Counted from the first letter of the stretch, positions 30,200 through 41,063 are shown. The stretch: DNA of 64,000 bases from a bacterium (GCA_030647655.1 JAUSJH010000003.1:11013-75012); one strand, 5' to 3'. Notes: generated by a model from the letters alone, not told the origin. Made by a program: numbers and translations.

Positions 30200-30228
30200 G
30201 GTTAGTATAGTGAGTGCGGCAAAAGCTA

Positions 30229-32013
30229 TTAATTAATTTTGTCTGTAAATATGCTCCACACACTATCAGTGTCCGTATACCAATCGTATACATTTAGGTA
30301 GCGTTCCGAAGGTGTTGCGAGCGCACCGAGCTTCACTCCTGCAAGCTTTGTAGGGACAACATAAATGAGTTCCGGTGAATAGAGGAAGACGGCGGGATCG
30401 TCTTTTGCGATCGCGGAAACGAATTGCGCATAAAGCTTCTCACGCGCTTGCTTGTCTGTGGTCGCACGCGCCTGCGACAAGAGCGTGTCGACTTTTGAGT
30501 TGGCGTAGAGGGCTAGATTGAGGCCGGGGTCGTTGCGTTGGCTTGAGTGCCAGAAGGCAAAAAGGTCGGCAGTACGACCCACAACTTCGCCGAAGAGGAC
30601 GGCATCGTAGGCGCGCGGCCTGATGACGGTATTGTTCAGTTCGGAAAGCGCGTATACCTGTACGTTCACACGTATGCCGGCCGCGCGCCAATATTCCGCG
30701 ACCGAATTTGCGGTTAGGACGAGTTCCGGCTCGTCCGCGGTTGCGAGAGAAATAGAAAATTCTAGTTTATTTTTCTTCCAAGCACCGGTTTTTTCATCGA
30801 ACTTCCAACCGCCGCGTGAGAGGATTGCTCGGGCGGCGTCGGCATAGGTGCTTGTTGACGCATTTTGCATTGAAGTGGTATGAATGAAAGGTGTTGGCTC
30901 CGCAGGCAAATTTTCGCCCAATACTCCAGAGGGAATCGGTCCCTCGAGTAGCTCTCCGTATCCCTGCAAGACCGTCCTGACGATCGTCCGTTTGTCTACG
31001 GCAGCGTCAAGTGCGGCACGCGCGGAAGCGTCTGCCAAAACCGGCGCATGGCTCTGGTTGAAAAAGACACCAAAAACTCGCGGCAAGCCAACGCGAACAA
31101 TGTTGAAATCTTTACGATTCAGAGCTTCGAGATCTCCGGCGGTCACCCCTGATACTGTGTCAATCTTGCGTGCGTCGAAGGCTTTGAGCATTTCTTCCTG
31201 ATTGGGATAAAAAATGAATGTAATGTTCTGGAGGTATGGTTTACCGAGCGCATATTTCACAAAGGGCACCAGTTCATAGCGCGTCGCAGAGCCCGTGTTG
31301 TCAGTATCAACAGAGGAAACTCGATAGGGGCCACTCCCGATCGGGTGTGTGTTTGCAGGGCTAAATGGGAACTCTTTAGAGGAGACGTTTCCCCAGACGT
31401 GCTTCGGTAATATGCCGAGCGTTGTATTCTCGATAAAAGGTGCGTAGGAATGAGGGAGTTTGAACACAATGGTGTGTGCATCCGGTGCCGATGCTTGCAC
31501 TCCTTCCCAGTCAGAGCGACGCACGCTTTTTATGTCGGGATTTTGTGCCGCATGCACGGTGAAGAGAATGTCGTCCGCGGTGACCGGCTTTCCATCGTGG
31601 AACGTTGCGTCGGAACGCAGTGCGAACGTATACGTCGTACCGTCTTCTGAAATATCAAAGTGGCTCGCGAGGTCGGGGATTATTGTACCGTCGGGCAAGA
31701 CGCGCATCAAACCCGAATACACAAGCGCCGCGATGTCCTCATCCGGTTGAGAGAGTGTGAGTATGGGATTGATGAACCGCGCCGACCCTATCTCGCCCTC
31801 CGTCAAACTACCGCCTGCAGCAGGAATAGTCACTGAGACCGCGGAATTTACTCCCGCAAGAAGTGCCAAGACGGAAGCCCCGAGGAGTATGGTAAGTGCG
31901 TAGAGCACAAGCCGCTCGCCCGGAGTGAGTGCGCGAAGCACGTCGTCTAGGAACGAGAGGCGTGAGACTACGCGAAGCTTTGTCAGTTTTTCTGAATAAG
32001 AATTGAAGTCCAT
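30229..32013 (-). CDS. ABC transporter substrate-binding protein, family 5 (OppA/DppA-like)
   Basis: PDLA....ISEDG.TYTF.LR....FHDGKPVTADD, PIGSGPY. Confidence 0.9.
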   Translation of the reverse strand: MDFNSYSEKLTKLRVVSRLSFLDDVLRALTPGERLVLYALTILLGASVLALLAGVNSAVSVTIPAAGGSLTEGEIGSARFINPILTLSQPDEDIAALVYSGLMRVLPDGTIIPDLASHFDISEDGTTYTFALRSDATFHDGKPVTADDILFTVHAAQNPDIKSVRRSDWEGVQASAPDAHTIVFKLPHSYAPFIENTTLGILPKHVWGNVSSKEFPFSPANTHPIGSGPYRVSSVDTDNTGSATRYELVPFVKYALGKPYLQNITFIFYPNQEEMLKAFDARKIDTVSGVTAGDLEALNRKDFNIVRVGLPRVFGVFFNQSHAPVLADASARAALDAAVDKRTIVRTVLQGYGELLEGPIPSGVLGENLPAEPTPFIHTTSMQNASTSTYADAARAILSRGGWKFDEKTGAWKKNKLEFSISLATADEPELVLTANSVAEYWRAAGIRVNVQVYALSELNNTVIRPRAYDAVLFGEVVGRTADLFAFWHSSQRNDPGLNLALYANSKVDTLLSQARATTDKQAREKLYAQFVSAIAKDDPAVFLYSPELIYVVPTKLAGVKLGALATPSERYLNVYDWYTDTDSVWSIFTDKIN

Positions 32014-32063
32014 AGCGCGTGTTACGCGCCCTGTCAGCCCGCGGAAGCGAACTGGCAATGCGT

Positions 32064-32297
32064 TTAACTAATAAGAAGATTAACCAATGCCGACAGTGCA
32101 AACAGTATACCAAGTGCGATGGTCGCGTGGAAGAGGGTCTTCTCCAGCCCGCGACGAGTGTGAAAACCAGAGCTAAAGTTGTCTGCCCCGAATGCGCCAC
32201 CCAAGCTAGCTCCCGTGCGCTGCAAAAGGATGCACACTATCAAAAGGGCCGAAAGGCCTATCTGGACGAAGGGCAGCATTTGCTGCAAGAGAACCAT
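32064..32297 (-). CDS. secG: Preprotein translocase subunit SecG
   Basis: ILLQ...ASLGGAFG......TRRGLEK.L...T pattern. Confidence 0.9.
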   Translation of the reverse strand: MVLLQQMLPFVQIGLSALLIVCILLQRTGASLGGAFGADNFSSGFHTRRGLEKTLFHATIALGILFALSALVNLLIS

Positions 32298-32335
32298 TCG
32301 CACAAGCCTAACACAGGGGGAAAATCTTGCAATGG

Positions 32336-32364
32336 AGAATACTATACGAGCAAAATATTGTCAA
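32336..32364 (-). promoter_or_regulatory. sigma70-type promoter for secG
   Basis: Minus strand TTGACA-17 nt-TATTCT. Confidence 0.55.
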
Positions 32365-32398
32365 GCCCAGAACATAATCCCGACCCATAGATAAAAAC

Positions 32399-32427
32399 TT
32401 GTATTAACCGCCTCTCTGCGCTATAGT
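32399..32427 (+). promoter_or_regulatory. sigma70-type promoter for groESL
   Basis: TTGTAT-17 nt-TATAGT. Confidence 0.55.
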
Positions 32428-32456
32428 TGCGAACCAAAATTACTTGTATTATAAAA

Positions 32457-32780
32457 ATGAATATGAAAAAAGAATCGAAAGAGTCCAAGGTAAAGATACA
32501 ACTTCTCGGGGACAGGGTTCTTGTGAGACCGGAGGAGCAAATGAAGAAAACTGCGTCCGGTATTTTAATCCCCGATACTGCAAAACAGGAAAAGGCGACA
32601 CGCGGCACGGTACTTTCTGTGGGTCCCGGACGTATGAATGATGATGGGAAAGTCCTGCCGATGTCGCTTAAAGTCGGACAAAAAGTGTACTTCAATCCCG
32701 GATGGGAGAGCGAGATAGAGGTAGACAACGAGAAGCTCCACCTTATCCACGAGAGCGATGTAAAAGCTATCATCAAGTAA
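32457..32780 (+). CDS. groES: Co-chaperonin GroES
   Basis: LGDRVLV, KTASGILIPDTAK.EK...G.V..VGPG. Confidence 0.95.
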   Translation: MNMKKESKESKVKIQLLGDRVLVRPEEQMKKTASGILIPDTAKQEKATRGTVLSVGPGRMNDDGKVLPMSLKVGQKVYFNPGWESEIEVDNEKLHLIHESDVKAIIK

Positions 32781-32787
32781 TATTTAT

Positions 32788-34446
32788 ATGGCAAAACAAG
32801 TAATTTTTGATGAACAGGTGCGCTCCGCACTCAAGCGCGGTGTTGATATCGTGGCGAGTGCGGTCAAAGTGACACTCGGCCCCAAGGGTCGCAACGTTGC
32901 ACTCTCCAAATCGTGGGGAGGACCGACCATCACCAACGACGGCGTCTCGATAGCAAAAGAGATAACACTCGCCGATAAGTTCGAGGATATGGGCGCGTCC
33001 ATCGTGAAAGAGGTAGCGACAAAGACTGAAGATAAGGCGGGTGACGGCACCACAACCGCGGTAGTACTCACACAAGCCATCGTACACGAGGGCCTGAAGC
33101 GTACGGCGCTTGGGGCTAACGCCATGATGGTACGACGCGGCATAGAAGCCGCTGTGAAAGATGCCGTTGCGGCGTTGAAGAGTGAGGCACAGGAAGTAAA
33201 AACTAAAGCCGAGAAACGACAAGTGGCGACCATTGCCGCAGAGTCGAAAGAGATCGGCGAGAAAATCGCGGAGGTCGTCGAAAAGGTGGGAAAGGACGGT
33301 GTCGTGACCGTTGAGGAGTCGCAGACTACCGAAATCGAATCGGAGTACGTCGAGGGAATGGAGTTCGACAAAGGCTATGTCTCTGCCTATATGATAACGA
33401 ACGCGGAACGCATGGAAGCTGTGGCAAAAGATGTTCTCGTGCTTATCACTGATCAAAAGATCTCGGTCATTAAAGATATTCTGCCGCTCTTGGAGAAGGT
33501 GGCGCAATCCGGCAAGAAAGAGCTTGTCATAATTGCAGAGGACGTGGATGGAGAGGCGCTCGCGACATTCGTCGTTAATAAATTGCGCGGTGCATTTAAT
33601 GTGCTTGCAGTGAAAGCGCCGGGCTACGGTGATCGCAAGAAGGAAATGCTCGCAGATATCGCCATCACGGTCGGCGGTCAGGTCATCTCGGAAGACCTCG
33701 GCATCAAATTGGAAAATGCAGAATTAAATATGCTTGGGAAAGCGAATCGTATCGTTGCTACAAAAGACTCGACCACCATCGTCGGGGGTAAGGGAAAGAA
33801 AAGTGATATTGAGGAGAGGGTCGCTGAGCTTAGAGAGCAAGTACAAAAGAGCGATTCGAAATTCGACAAAGAAAAACTGGAAGAACGCATCGCGAAACTT
33901 TCCGGCGGGGTGGCAGTCATCCGTGTAGGCGCTGCGACCGAAACCGAAATGAAATATCTCAAAGATAAAATTGAAGATGCGGTCAAGGCGACCAAGGCGG
34001 CGATTGCGGAGGGTATCGTCCCCGGCGGGGGCGCCGCGCTCGCAAAAGTTGCCGCGAAACTCGCGAAAAAGATCGACCCGAAAGCGCACGATGAGCACAC
34101 GATTGGATACCGTATTCTTCTCAGTGCGCTTTCTGCGCCTCTCCTGCAGATCGTTAAGAATGCGGGGCGTGAAGATGGTGCTGTCATCCTTCAGGCGGTG
34201 ATAAAAAAAGGCGGGAGTTTTGGGTTCGACGCGTCGGCAGAATCAGAGGAGACCGCAATCGTCGATATGTATGAAGCGGGCATCATCGACCCGGTCAAGG
34301 TGACGCGTCTGTGCGTTGAAAATGCAGCCTCCGCTGCGGCGGTTCTCCTCACGACGGAAGCGGCCGTGGCCGATATTCCGGAAGACAAGAAGGCAGCGCC
34401 CTCGGGCGCCGGAGGCATGGGAGGGGGAATGGGTGAAGACTACTAA
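32788..34446 (+). CDS. groEL: Chaperonin GroEL
   Basis: VTLGPKGRNV, AGDGTTTA, KLSGGVAVI, GGM tail. Confidence 0.98.
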   Translation: MAKQVIFDEQVRSALKRGVDIVASAVKVTLGPKGRNVALSKSWGGPTITNDGVSIAKEITLADKFEDMGASIVKEVATKTEDKAGDGTTTAVVLTQAIVHEGLKRTALGANAMMVRRGIEAAVKDAVAALKSEAQEVKTKAEKRQVATIAAESKEIGEKIAEVVEKVGKDGVVTVEESQTTEIESEYVEGMEFDKGYVSAYMITNAERMEAVAKDVLVLITDQKISVIKDILPLLEKVAQSGKKELVIIAEDVDGEALATFVVNKLRGAFNVLAVKAPGYGDRKKEMLADIAITVGGQVISEDLGIKLENAELNMLGKANRIVATKDSTTIVGGKGKKSDIEERVAELREQVQKSDSKFDKEKLEERIAKLSGGVAVIRVGAATETEMKYLKDKIEDAVKATKAAIAEGIVPGGGAALAKVAAKLAKKIDPKAHDEHTIGYRILLSALSAPLLQIVKNAGREDGAVILQAVIKKGGSFGFDASAESEETAIVDMYEAGIIDPVKVTRLCVENAASAAAVLLTTEAAVADIPEDKKAAPSGAGGMGGGMGEDY

Positions 34447-34466
34447 GACACAAAAGATATTCCACA

Positions 34467-34494
34467 AGCGCGGCACCAATATTGGCGCCGCGCT
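34467..34494 (+). terminator. Hairpin downstream of groEL
   Basis: AGCGCGGCACCAA-TA-TTGGCGCCGCGCT; weak T tract. Confidence 0.55.
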
Positions 34495-34508
34495 GGTATT
34501 ATAGAAGC

Positions 34509-37500
34509 ATGTACTGGCCTCGCGTTGCGGGAGTTTTCGGGGCATCCCTGTTATTTTTTATGTTGGCGAGTGCACCATTTGTGTATGCGAAGGATAGAGC
34601 CGCTGATGCGATGTGCCTTCCTCCCGACGACACTCACGGATACAAAAAGGGTTTGGAATATGATGCTCTGTACAAAGACGGTGATAAGGAAAAGCGGAAT
34701 TTATACAACAAGAAATGCTTCGATGATTTCGTAACAGGAATATGTGACCGTGAGGATTATTGCGAGGGAAAGCAATGTTTCAGTGATGGAAAGTGGGGTA
34801 ATTGTGAGCTCTATCACCAGAAGACCACGAACGGCCAGATTCAGAACTGCTACGTCGGAGTTCTTGACTGCTCAAAACCATATACTCCCGGACAGGGCAC
34901 GGGGGTTGCACCTCCGCCATCGGAAAATCCTTCGCTTCCGCCACTCACACACGACGGTAAATCCATTCTGCAGACACTGCAAGATAATGAGCAACCGTCG
35001 GGTCCACTGCCCCAATCTGCGAACAACGTGCAGCAATTAATCGAGCAGGCTGCGCAAAATCCGGACACGCCATGGTCGCTTGAAGGTATTAAGAACGTAC
35101 TAAACGATGTACGAAGTTTCCTTTCTCCGGAATCAGCCACTTTTCTCACGCCGACACCACAAGAATCGGGAGCGGTAAATGAACAGTCTCAACGGACGGA
35201 TGAAATTACAGGATTGCCTGTCACTGATACATTCGGACAACCGCAAACGCAAACAGAGCAAAAGACCTCTTTTTTGGATACGTTGGGTGAAGCATGGAAA
35301 GAGGTGAAAAGTGCCGTGAGTGACGCTGGTACGTGGATTGCCGATCTCGTCACTCCAAATCCGGAAGAGACACCAACCAATCCAGCTAATGGTTTTGCCG
35401 AGAATAATGCAGCATTGACCGACCCTGATGTTAAGTCAGATGTTCCTCCCACCATTCCGCCGGACCAAATAGCTTCTCGAGAACCCAGTGTCTCTGAAAC
35501 TCCAAAAGAATCAGTAGATAGAGCTCAAGGAATAGCGAGCGTTCAGCCTACTGCGAAAGAATCATCGCCGACGTCACCGAACGTAGGGCCCACAGCAAGT
35601 CCGGACATAGTCAAAAAAGCCGCACAAGCACTCTCTGATGCAACAGAAGCGTTCGGTGCCGCCCGCGGCTATTCGAAGGAAGGAATGGAGAATGTAAAGG
35701 GCGGTCTCGGCGCGCTCGCCCAGATGGAATCGAGGTTCGATCCAAGTATCGGTTGTAACGAACCCGGCTACTGCGGCTTCGGACAGCTCTCTGAAGGGAA
35801 GAGCAGTTCGCACGAAAATGAAACTGCGCTTGCACGTAACACACTTGGCGCTCTTTCCCAATCGCCAAACTTGAGCCCCGAGCAACAAGCACAGGTGTCA
35901 CAAATAGTCGACCGAATAGACTCGATGCAAGCACAGGGAAAAAGTCCGAATGCAGATCCGGAAACAGGCGCATGGCTCCTTGCGGCTCGGCAGGCGCAAA
36001 TGACGGATATCGGTAAGAATGTCTCGCCGATGGATGCGGCGGCAAAATACGCGCAAACACCCACGGACGCTGCTGGGATTATGTTCGGCGCGCAGCTCGC
36101 CCCGTCGATGTATGGAAAAGGATTCAACCCGGACGCACCGCTTTCTTCGGGTGCTATCAATGCGTTCAACAGCAATAAGGTCTCTGTCCAGTCGGGAAGC
36201 ACGATGTCAGATGCAATAGCGGCCATGCAGGAGCAGCCGATATACAGGCAACGCTTCGCGGAGGGCATCGGTATTATAGGCGGGGGAACATATAGCAGTC
36301 CAGACCCATTAATCTCAGCAAAGCCACCTGGGTCATACTTTGATACAGCACTTCAGAACGGCGGTCTTTATCAGGAGCCGACTTTCCAGCAATCCGTGTA
36401 CGACATGTATGGCGAGAGTACCGACAATCAAAATGTTGCCGAGGCAGGTTTCCAGAACTACAACACCGAGCAAGCCGACACCGTTCTCAAGTTTGCCGCA
36501 GGATGGGAAGGCACGTTCGCAGGTAGTGCGCAAGAAAATGCAAACATAGCCGCTCAACAAGCCTTCAACACCATCGCCCACCCAGAAGACTGGCCGCAAC
36601 TTCCCGCGCCAACCTACGATCTCGACGCCGCCAACGCCGCAGAAGCTGTGCGTCTCGCAGAAAGTGGAGCTTTCGATTCCGGAGTCTCTCTCACGCAAGA
36701 GCAGGTCCAAGCCGCATACGATGCCGCCAACAACGAAGCTAACAAACCCGAGAGTTGGTTTAAGTCAAAAGTCGTCAATCCGCTTTACGACAATGTCATT
36801 GATCCACTTAGAAATTCTCTCGGCCTGAATTCGCCGCAACCGAATCCAGTCGTGCTTCCAGATTCGCGCTCGTTGTCAGACCGAGTAATCGAAAGCATTC
36901 CTTCGCCGCTTAAACCGAGCCCGACCATTGCAGTGCAAACGGAAAGCCTACCTCCGCCTATGGATTATCCAGCTTCGCAATTAACAGGCACATACTACGG
37001 ACCTAACGGTGAGATTATCAAAGCGGATGTAGCGGGAGTTGAAATTACGCAACCAAGGGGTGAGATAAGCGCGTTCATTCCATCGGACAAGCTTGGGAAC
37101 ATGACTGTTGGCGACGTGATAGCGCAAGCCAAGGAACGCCCGCGCACAGAAACAGCCCAGGAAATGGAGCCGTATGGCCCACCGGTTCCGAACCGTACTA
37201 CCCCGACGCCGGTGGAACTCGAAGCGGCAACCAAGATTTTAGACGACAAACTTTCGAGCGCCCGCACCGCTGTCGAGGTGGCGAAAGCTGTAGCCGAAGC
37301 CGCACCAACAGATTTCACCAAAGATTCAGTACGATTATTAGAACAGCGACTTGCGCAAATAGAGGAATACGGTCGACAATACCGGGAGTATATGGTTGCA
37401 GGTGGCCTACCGCCGGAATGGCTCTCGAATGCCGTTGATACGGCAAGAAAGGGTGAGGGATACATATCGCAGGGCTTATCGGCATTTTCGGACGCGGCAC

Positions 37501-40475
37501 ACGGCAACGCAGCGATGGCTGAAGCAAATCTTCGTACTGTCTGGGACGAGACGAAAAATGAAAGTAATCTATCGCTCTCGCAGATGGCGCGACTTACCGG
37601 GAACAGCCTATGGTGGGCTGCGGAATCCGCAGCCGGTCTCGTCGGCGGTGGGCTGAAGACAGGTAGCGAACTTGCGGGGCTGAGTAATCCGAATCTCGAC
37701 AACGCGCTCAAACAACAGCTCGACCCGGAAGGGGAAGGTATAAAAGCTGCGGCTATCATTGCGCCGTTTGCCTACAGCGGATTACGTCACGGAGGCGAAG
37801 CCGTGCTCGATCGGGTTTTTGGGGAGGTAGTTACCTCGGAAGTAAGCGCAGGTGCGCGGACAAGTGCCGTCGAGGCCGTTGGCGTCCGCGATAGTGCTGG
37901 ATTCGTCCAACGCACAGCTCCTGTCGAGGATCTCAGTATCGCACGGGCGACTCCCGAAGTGCCGCGTGTTGCGGAAACACCCCCACCACTTTCTCTGGCG
38001 GATTCTGCGGGGTCTTCCTTACCAAAGGCGGCGAATGTTGACCCTGTGGGAGATGTATTTGCACCGCCGACCAAAAATCTCGACGATGCATTCGCAAAGG
38101 TTGAGAGAGCAGCCGATGAGTTTAAATCTCCTGGGAGCGCAGAACCTTCCGCGCCGCCCGCGTCGGACAATCCTTTCTTGAAGGGCACGGATAATATTAC
38201 TCGTCGTGCGGCAGGAGAGGCGGAGGTGTCCAGTCCGGCGGCTAGTGGTATTAAAGATGCTGCTGCGGAGATTGACAGGATAGCGGCAGAAGCTCGCGCG
38301 GCGGCTAAAGCGCCAATTCCTGAGGTCAAACCTGCGGCGGAGGTGCCCGCTCCATCCGGCCCACCGAATCCGGGAGAGTACGTGCCTACTATTAAGGACA
38401 AATTTGCAAGTATGTGGGATGGTCTCAAGACAACGGCCACCGATTGGAGAGACAGGTTATTCGGCAGAGAAATCACCGAACCGGTAAAGGCTCCGGCCTT
38501 GTCTCAAGATGAACTTGCATTGCAGCGCATGACAAATGAAGGGGGCCCTGTGCCGCCGGAGCGCACCCCGTCCACCCCTGCTCCGGGGCTTGGGTCGCAG
38601 GGGGAGGCATCTTGGGAAGGCGGATTCGCGCAACGGCCCGGAGCACCCACTGTCGATTCCGCCAACTGGACTGGCGGCAAGGACTTCAAGGGATTTGATC
38701 TGACCACACCCGACTCCAACGCACCACTTCTTAAACAATCTCTTGAGGGTGACTTCATGTATCCACAGGCACCCAAACCACTTGCAGAAACAACCATTGC
38801 GCCCGCACCGCCTGTAGAGACAAAGACATTGTGGCAGAGCACAAAGGAACTCTTCGGACTTGGTGAAAAACCGTCGACACCAGCACCTTTGGCTCAAGCA
38901 GAACGTGATGCGTTGGCGGCGGGAGACCAAGCTCGTGTGGTGGAACGGACTCCGAGGCCCGAGGCGAGCGCAAAGCCATTGACCGACGATGAACTTGCGC
39001 TTATCAGGCAGGTAGAAGTGGGCACCGTGCCAAACCCGCGTACCGCCGCGCTGACACCAGATGCGGCGAACGTACCAGTCGTTGCGGACAGACCAGTTCC
39101 TGTATCTGAACCGTCTCTCTGGGAACGGTGGTTTGGAAAGAGCGAGCCGGCGGCAATTGAGACGCCAAAGGTAGCGGTTGTGCCTGAGACTACGCCAACG
39201 CCAAAGGCTCTAGATGCTACTGCGCCCAGAGCCGAACCGTCGCCAGCAGAAGCAACCCCTCCCGCACGGCCGGCTGCGGAGCCTGCGCCAATTGAGCCCG
39301 TGAAGAGAGGTAGCGGCGATGTTTCGAAACCGAACGCCGAGATAGCGATGGGGGATGAAGGCGCTGTACCGCTCAAGCCGGGCGCGGAGAATCCGTCCGG
39401 AAAAGTATGGAACGACAAATCGCTGACTCGTGATGAGTTTATTGCTGACTACAAAGCTGTCTATCCTAAAACCAGTCTCACCGATGCGCAGCTGGCCGAA
39501 CGATATGCCGTTGGACAACGGCTCAACCCAGAGACTGGCAGGCTGAAGGTTCCGGAGACTCAAGTAGCTCCCGGTATTGCTCCAGCAGCGCCGACGCCGG
39601 GCGGAGCAAAGACAGGCGGAGGTTCGTCAGCAGGATTGGACGCTTTGAAATCCACAGCAAGCTTTTGCACAGGCGGACTATTCAGATTCGGAGTTTGTGT
39701 CGGCGTTGGCGGCGGCATTTATTACGGAGTATCGAACCTATGGAATGGTCTCTGGCCGAGCAGCCAAACTCCACCGCCGAATGTGGAAACACCGCCAAAG
39801 GATGACCAAAGCACGGCCGTGCCGGATAAAGACAAGGATGCGCCGCCCCCAAGGAGAGAGGTCTCACCACCCTATCAGCCGCCAGTCGTTAGGCGCGATG
39901 TCGTGCCTATCGGTAGTGTGTATGCGCCACCAATCTGGAATCCAAATGGTGGTCCCATTCTCTCTCAAGACTATTACTGCATTACGAGCATTCAGCCCGT
40001 TATCGTTATTCCGCTCTCAGCCGGTTCGCAATTCCCGTCGAATTGCTACAACAGCTACTCGGGCGGACAAGGTGGTTCTGGGAACCCTTTCAGCATGCTC
40101 GGACAAATGCTCGCCAGAGCCTTAGGCATTCAGCCGACACCGCTACAGCCACCTATGCCGCAAACTCCGCCACCTACGAACCCCCCACCTATTATTATTC
40201 CGCCGCGGGCCACGTCGACTCCGCAAAAGCCCATCGTCACGCTCATTGCGAATCCGGCAACCGTCGCGCCTCAAGGCAAAGCGCGTCTCTCGTGGTCTAG
40301 CACGGGGGCATCAGTTTGCGGCGTCTTTATGCCGGACGGCGCGAAAATTGGAGAGGGAAATCCGGACGGTTCGACTTCTACGCCCCCACTTGCCGCCACG
40401 ACCGTATTTACCGCCAAATGTTCTGCGACGTCGGGCGCGACAAGCTCTGCGCAAACGACTGTAACTGTTCGCTAA
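34509..40475 (+). CDS. Giant (~1990 aa) secreted/membrane protein with lytic-transglycosylase-like domain, Pro-rich linkers and C-terminal Ig-like domain
   Basis: Signal peptide; Cys-rich N-domain; AQMESRFDP...GFGQL; late hydrophobic segment; C-terminal L.ANP..V......LSWSS.GA..C. Confidence 0.8.
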   Translation: MYWPRVAGVFGASLLFFMLASAPFVYAKDRAADAMCLPPDDTHGYKKGLEYDALYKDGDKEKRNLYNKKCFDDFVTGICDREDYCEGKQCFSDGKWGNCELYHQKTTNGQIQNCYVGVLDCSKPYTPGQGTGVAPPPSENPSLPPLTHDGKSILQTLQDNEQPSGPLPQSANNVQQLIEQAAQNPDTPWSLEGIKNVLNDVRSFLSPESATFLTPTPQESGAVNEQSQRTDEITGLPVTDTFGQPQTQTEQKTSFLDTLGEAWKEVKSAVSDAGTWIADLVTPNPEETPTNPANGFAENNAALTDPDVKSDVPPTIPPDQIASREPSVSETPKESVDRAQGIASVQPTAKESSPTSPNVGPTASPDIVKKAAQALSDATEAFGAARGYSKEGMENVKGGLGALAQMESRFDPSIGCNEPGYCGFGQLSEGKSSSHENETALARNTLGALSQSPNLSPEQQAQVSQIVDRIDSMQAQGKSPNADPETGAWLLAARQAQMTDIGKNVSPMDAAAKYAQTPTDAAGIMFGAQLAPSMYGKGFNPDAPLSSGAINAFNSNKVSVQSGSTMSDAIAAMQEQPIYRQRFAEGIGIIGGGTYSSPDPLISAKPPGSYFDTALQNGGLYQEPTFQQSVYDMYGESTDNQNVAEAGFQNYNTEQADTVLKFAAGWEGTFAGSAQENANIAAQQAFNTIAHPEDWPQLPAPTYDLDAANAAEAVRLAESGAFDSGVSLTQEQVQAAYDAANNEANKPESWFKSKVVNPLYDNVIDPLRNSLGLNSPQPNPVVLPDSRSLSDRVIESIPSPLKPSPTIAVQTESLPPPMDYPASQLTGTYYGPNGEIIKADVAGVEITQPRGEISAFIPSDKLGNMTVGDVIAQAKERPRTETAQEMEPYGPPVPNRTTPTPVELEAATKILDDKLSSARTAVEVAKAVAEAAPTDFTKDSVRLLEQRLAQIEEYGRQYREYMVAGGLPPEWLSNAVDTARKGEGYISQGLSAFSDAAHGNAAMAEANLRTVWDETKNESNLSLSQMARLTGNSLWWAAESAAGLVGGGLKTGSELAGLSNPNLDNALKQQLDPEGEGIKAAAIIAPFAYSGLRHGGEAVLDRVFGEVVTSEVSAGARTSAVEAVGVRDSAGFVQRTAPVEDLSIARATPEVPRVAETPPPLSLADSAGSSLPKAANVDPVGDVFAPPTKNLDDAFAKVERAADEFKSPGSAEPSAPPASDNPFLKGTDNITRRAAGEAEVSSPAASGIKDAAAEIDRIAAEARAAAKAPIPEVKPAAEVPAPSGPPNPGEYVPTIKDKFASMWDGLKTTATDWRDRLFGREITEPVKAPALSQDELALQRMTNEGGPVPPERTPSTPAPGLGSQGEASWEGGFAQRPGAPTVDSANWTGGKDFKGFDLTTPDSNAPLLKQSLEGDFMYPQAPKPLAETTIAPAPPVETKTLWQSTKELFGLGEKPSTPAPLAQAERDALAAGDQARVVERTPRPEASAKPLTDDELALIRQVEVGTVPNPRTAALTPDAANVPVVADRPVPVSEPSLWERWFGKSEPAAIETPKVAVVPETTPTPKALDATAPRAEPSPAEATPPARPAAEPAPIEPVKRGSGDVSKPNAEIAMGDEGAVPLKPGAENPSGKVWNDKSLTRDEFIADYKAVYPKTSLTDAQLAERYAVGQRLNPETGRLKVPETQVAPGIAPAAPTPGGAKTGGGSSAGLDALKSTASFCTGGLFRFGVCVGVGGGIYYGVSNLWNGLWPSSQTPPPNVETPPKDDQSTAVPDKDKDAPPPRREVSPPYQPPVVRRDVVPIGSVYAPPIWNPNGGPILSQDYYCITSIQPVIVIPLSAGSQFPSNCYNSYSGGQGGSGNPFSMLGQMLARALGIQPTPLQPPMPQTPPPTNPPPIIIPPRATSTPQKPIVTLIANPATVAPQGKARLSWSSTGASVCGVFMPDGAKIGEGNPDGSTSTPPLAATTVFTAKCSATSGATSSAQTTVTVR

Positions 40476-40502
40476 TAGTTGAGATATGTTATACTTGCAC
40501 TT

Positions 40503-41063
40503 ATGAACATCACCTATATTTTATTGGTCGTTGTCGCAGTAATCGCTCTGTGGGCGGTTTGGGCGTACAACCGTTTCGTCACGCTTACCAATCGTGTAAA
40601 AGAAGGGTGGTCTGATATAGAGGTGCAAATGAAGCGTCGCTACGACCTCATTCCGAATCTCGTCGAGACGGTCAAGGGATACGCCGCGCATGAAGCGGGA
40701 ACTTTGCAGAAGGTGACAGAGATGCGTACGCGCGCAATGAACGCAACCTCACCGAAAGATAAGGCCGATGCGGAGAACATGCTCACGGGAGCACTAAAGA
40801 CCTTATTCGCTGTTGCCGAGAATTACCCCAATCTGAAAGCGAACGAGAATTTCGTAGAACTCCAGCGCGAGCTTTCTGATACAGAGAACAAAATCCAGGC
40901 CGCACGCCGCTTCTACAACGGCGTGGTTATGGAACTCAACACAAAGCTACAGTCGTTTCCGTCCAACCTCATCGGCAACATGTTTGGCTTCAAACAGAGC
41001 GACTTCTTCCAGCTCGGCGCCGACGAGCAGGCCGCAAAAGAGCCGGTGAAAGTAAAATTCTAG
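40503..41063 (+). CDS. lemA: LemA family protein
   Basis: WSDIEVQ.KRRYDLIPNLVETVKGYA.HE, E.YP.LKAN.NF, ENKI..ARRFYN. Confidence 0.95.
   Translation: MNITYILLVVVAVIALWAVWAYNRFVTLTNRVKEGWSDIEVQMKRRYDLIPNLVETVKGYAAHEAGTLQKVTEMRTRAMNATSPKDKADAENMLTGALKTLFAVAENYPNLKANENFVELQRELSDTENKIQAARRFYNGVVMELNTKLQSFPSNLIGNMFGFKQSDFFQLGADEQAAKEPVKVKF

Noticed and set aside
32300-32456. CIRCE element upstream of groES
   Set aside because: No TTAGCACTC-N9-GAGTGCTAA found.
32773-34545. Long antisense ORFs opposite groEL (similarly typA, rnj and the giant gene)
   Set aside because: Shadow frames produced by codon bias; no protein motifs.
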